From Camelus dromedarius (lineage: Eukaryota): a DNA stretch of 64,000 nucleotides. The stretch is taken from assembly GCF_036321535.1 (NCBI RefSeq), contig NC_087464.1, positions 24,676,001 through 24,740,000 on the forward strand, read 5' to 3'. Of this stretch, positions 59,770-64,000 are shown piece by piece (within the stretch, counting starts at the first letter, position 1; each line of letters begins with the position of its first letter). The position numbers were made by a program, and so were the translations under genes. The notes beneath the pieces are model-generated. The model searched no databases and was not told where the DNA came from. It saw only the letters and a list, made by a program, of their open reading frames with translations.

Positions 59770-59880
59770 TTTGTGGGGGGGAGGTTGTTTGTTTGTTTGC
59801 AGTGTTAATGGATGTCCTGGGGACTGAATTCAGAACCTCATGCATGCTAAGCATGTGCTCGCCACAGAGCTAGACCCCCG
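59770..59880 (-). mobile_element. Vic-1-like SINE
   Basis: CTGGGGACTGAATTCAGAACCTCATGCATGCTAAGCATGTGCTC. Confidence 0.8.
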
Positions 59881-61634
59881 CCCAGGTTCTTGAATCAAGA
59901 AGGAAGTGCAGTTAGAAGGCACACTTTCCATTTCCTTCTAAACATACATTGCAAGGATTACAGAACCTAGCTCAGTCGACTGTAACATATGCTGCGTGAC
60001 CTACAACAGGGATGGTTGACACAGTCTGCAGAGGATCGCCAAGCAGGAGGGCCTGGCAGTGCCAACGGGCTGCACAGGCAGTGTCCCCGGGGGAGCCCGT
60101 GGGGCCGGCCCCGTGTCAGCCCGCCCCCTACTCATTTGCCCTAGGAAGCCCCTAGGCCCCCGCCAGACCGAAGCTCAGGCAGCCCTGTGCCCCCCGCCTC
60201 CCCAGGCTCAGCGCCTCCTCAGAGTCCACAGCAGCCCATCCCGAGGTGGAAACCCAGGGCCACCGCACTGTTTCATCCCCACGAACCAAGACCTGTGGGA
60301 AGTCCTGTCAGTCTCACTGCTGTCTGCTGGCACTCTCGTCACCTGGCTCCTGTGCCTTCAACCCCCGGCCCCTCCGCATGCAGCAGCCCCTCCCCAGCTC
60401 CACGGGGCCTGCAGATGGCAGGTTAGGAAGGACGTCTAGTTGCCCAGAGCTGTGGCTGCAGACACAAGGCCTTCTCTTTTTGGGTCCCAGGACCCTTTAT
60501 TCCTTCTCTTTTGTCTCCTTAGAGTTTTCTATAACCTTCAAAGCTGTGCTCTGACTCTGGCCTTCGGGTGTGACCTGTGGTGGGTGGTGTCCCTGCATGA
60601 GCAAAGACCTTGACACAGTGCAGACTTCAGAGAGCAGCTTGGATAAAACCCCAGAGGCTTGGAAAAGTGGGTTAGCCCAGCTTCCACAAGGACCATTGGT
60701 CCCACTTTAGTTTCTGTTCCAGTGTGGGAACACACATGCTCCTTAAAACCCTTCAGATCACTTGGGTTGTGCTGACTGGCATTTCTGTCACAGCCAAAGC
60801 CTTCAGCTAATTTGGGGACTAACAGGACTGTGCTCACTCCTTATATAAACATGGGCCTGCCAGGTCAGGGCCTTGGGTGGGACACCTGCAGCCTTCGTTT
60901 GCCTCTGAATTTTCTGGAATGGAATTGCCTTTTTCTCTCATCTCAAGATCCTTGGAGAGAGAATGAATAACAAAGGCCATGTCTGGAAGCAATTTGGGTT
61001 GGGGGAAGGGTGTCTTGAGGCCCATCCAGCCCTTTTCTTTTTTTCCAGACGAGGCAGTGGAGCCGCAGCTGCTCGACTCAGGGCTGTTCTGTATAATTGC
61101 CCCCAGAAATCCAACTTCTAGAAAAACAATTGGCTTGCAAAGCATTCCAGGCTCATTAGAAGCATAGATGATCAGAATCTGAAATGACTATTTTTCACTA
61201 AGGAAATCTTTCAAGAAGGAACGTAGTAGCAAGAGAGCCGAATGCCTGCCCCCGAGGCCCTGGTGAGGGTGAGAAGAAATGGAGGCCCCTGCGGTTGTGC
61301 AGGTGATAGGAAGTCACATCAGGTTCCACCAGGACCAGCCACTGTCGCTCATATTCAATTCCTGCAGCTCCTGCCTCTTAATTCTCAGTTGGGGTTGAGG
61401 CTGGCCCCAGGCACCTTGTCCAGCCTCCCACCACCCACAACGCAAACCCACGCTGTGCGACCCGGCAAACAGGAGGCCCTGAGCCCCTCCTTAATGACCA
61501 GATGGGGTGCGCTCGCTGCCGCCCCCCTCAGTGCACCAGCACCCTGATTGGACTTTTACATGCGAAATGAACTTCTGCTTTGTTCAAGCTTCTGTTGTTT
61601 TGTCTCTGCGGGTAAATGCAAAGTTCTAGTTTTG

Positions 61635-61835
61635 TGTATTTGAAAGTGGCTAAGAGAATAGATCTTAAAAGCCCTCATCACAAGAAAAAAAAATTAATAG
61701 TTGATGGAGTTGCACTAAACTTCCTGTGGTAATCATCACACAAAATAGGTATGTATAGAAAATCATTATGTAGTACACCTTAAACTTGTCCAGTGTTATA
61801 TGTCAATTATATCTCAATAAAACCGGAGGGGAAAA
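61635..61835 (+). mobile_element. L1MA/MB-like 3' end
   Basis: TTTGAAAGTGGCTAAGAGAATAGATCTTAAAAG..CTCATCACAAGAAAAAA..ATGTCAATTATATCTCAATAAA. Confidence 0.85.
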
Positions 61836-63289
61836 AAGCTCTGGCAAGCCTAGAGAGAAGCAGAAGAACTCAGTACAGAGTGCTGGCGGTGCGGCAGGTC
61901 TCTAGGGAGCCAGAAGGGAAGGACCCAAGTGGCTTTCTTGCTACATCTCTTTGGTGTGGAGTACTTCCCTGCTCCTCTAAGCCTGCCTGCTCCATGGTCT
62001 TCCCACAATTCAGCTTCCTCTGCTCTCCCCAAAACTTCACCTTGGAAATAAATTTCACTGACCCTAATGTGAACCTGTAGGTCCACAACCAAAACCAACT
62101 AGTGACAGATTCTTGGTTCAAATTCTCACTAGAGAGAAATGGTCTCTGGCCAGCCAGTGGAGTCATTACTTTTGAGTTAAGGGCTGGCTCAGTCACTTCT
62201 GGGGTGGTAGAAAAACCTGCCCTCTGGGGCCATGAGAGGCAGCAGTTTCTCTGAGAACTCACTGACATGTCTCCCTAAGGAGAGAGAGGGGACAGGCAAC
62301 TCTAGTGAAGACAGCTTCACACAGATCTCACTAGCTCCTTGGCTTCTTTCTTTTCAGCAGTAGCCCAAACTTCTTCCTGTGTGAACCTCCCCTTTGAAAG
62401 GGATGCTATGGTCAGGTGCCTTGCATGGGATGAGCCAAGGAGGAGGGTATTTGACCAGGGTGGGGGAGTGCTCGTGATATGGGGCTAGGGGAAATGCAGC
62501 CCAATGCCCAAGATGAAAGCTAGGGAAAGAGAGGTTCACTGCCAAGTCCAAAGGTCAGAGGCAGAATGGAAAATCGGACACAGAGCCAAGGTCAGAAGCC
62601 AGCAGAACTGGAAAAGTGGAGACAGGCCAGGGAACAAGACCAGGTCGGGATGACGGCTGCTGAGAGTGAGCTGGCAGCAAGCCTAGCTTCAGTGGCTCTC
62701 AGCCGAGGCTCACATGCAGAAGAGTCCCAGTGAAGACAGGGCCTGCTGGGTTTAAGTCATATCACCAAGGGGAACAAGGAGAAACCATGGTTTCCTTAAT
62801 CAGGTCCCCAGCTTCCCTATGTTGTACACGAGATTGTGGACATTTGTGCATTTTCTGAGATTGTTAAAGGGAACAGCGCCCCCAAAAGGGTTAGTTTACG
62901 GTTTGGCTCTGATCATCCAGCGAGGACGATCACCGCGGGCTCAGTCTCGGCAGAGGCCCCGAGCGGCTACAGGTCTTGGCCACCCTCCGAAGGGACAGTC
63001 TCCCTACCACGCGTGTCCCAAGGGCTCACAGTAGCACTGCCGCCATCTGATTCCTCCGAGGAACGCCAAGCCCCGGGCCTGAAAGAAGATGAGCTTAGTA
63101 AACGACGGAGGATGGACAGACGGGCGGAGGGACAGATTAAAACAGAGGGGATGTGACTTGTGCCCCTCAGAGGAACTGCAGGCGCAGCTCACATGGGACA
63201 CAGACTGGCTCAAAGATCAACGTGAGGTTTGCCCGCTTCTTCAAAATCCGTCTGTTTGGTCTTACGGGGAAAACTAACGTATCCTTGCC

Positions 63290-64000
<711 letters not shown>

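Noticed and set aside
18033-59880. tRNA-Ala-like sequences (seven copies)
   Set aside because: They are SINE heads: acceptor stems are degenerate and they carry A-rich/AAAT tails and, in some cases, TSDs. They are not tRNA genes.
61840-62750. Possible old LTR upstream of the ADPGK promoter
   Set aside because: The texture is suggestive, but I could not identify termini, a TSD or a family.

Overview
Mammalian genomic DNA, very probably from a camelid (alpaca, llama or camel): it carries seven copies of a tRNA-Ala-like SINE matching the camelid Vic-1 family. The only supportable protein-coding feature is coding exon 1 of ADPGK (ER ADP-dependent glucokinase) at 63559..63791 (+), inside a CpG-island promoter at the far right. 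The preceding ~63 kb is intergenic. By human synteny, recalled rather than computed, this is the ADPGK/ADPGK-AS1 to NEO1 interval. It is dominated by transposable elements (L1, L2, MIR, CR1, MLT1/MaLR, ERV1-class LTRs, MER5/MER58 hAT elements, Vic-1). Repeat subfamily names come from recalled consensus sequences and need RepeatMasker/Dfam confirmation. All other long ORFs in the track look like chance ORFs in GC-rich or repeat DNA. I found no convincing new gene system. The best leads are: (1) an orphan CpG island at ~10.4-11.2 kb built from decayed L2/MER58 sequence and carrying a BANP-type motif; (2) next to it, a 3.1 kb TSD-flanked L1 whose 5'UTR is fused directly to distal ORF2; (3) a second orphan CpG island with a CTCF-type motif ~9 kb upstream of ADPGK, convergent with a perfect CTCF core at 43 kb; (4) a UPRE-type element in the ADPGK promoter; (5) a homeodomain/FOX/TCF-motif-rich candidate enhancer at 26.8-28.1 kb. 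The three N-runs appear to replace L1 sequence of matching length, which suggests masking or a reference-guided consensus.
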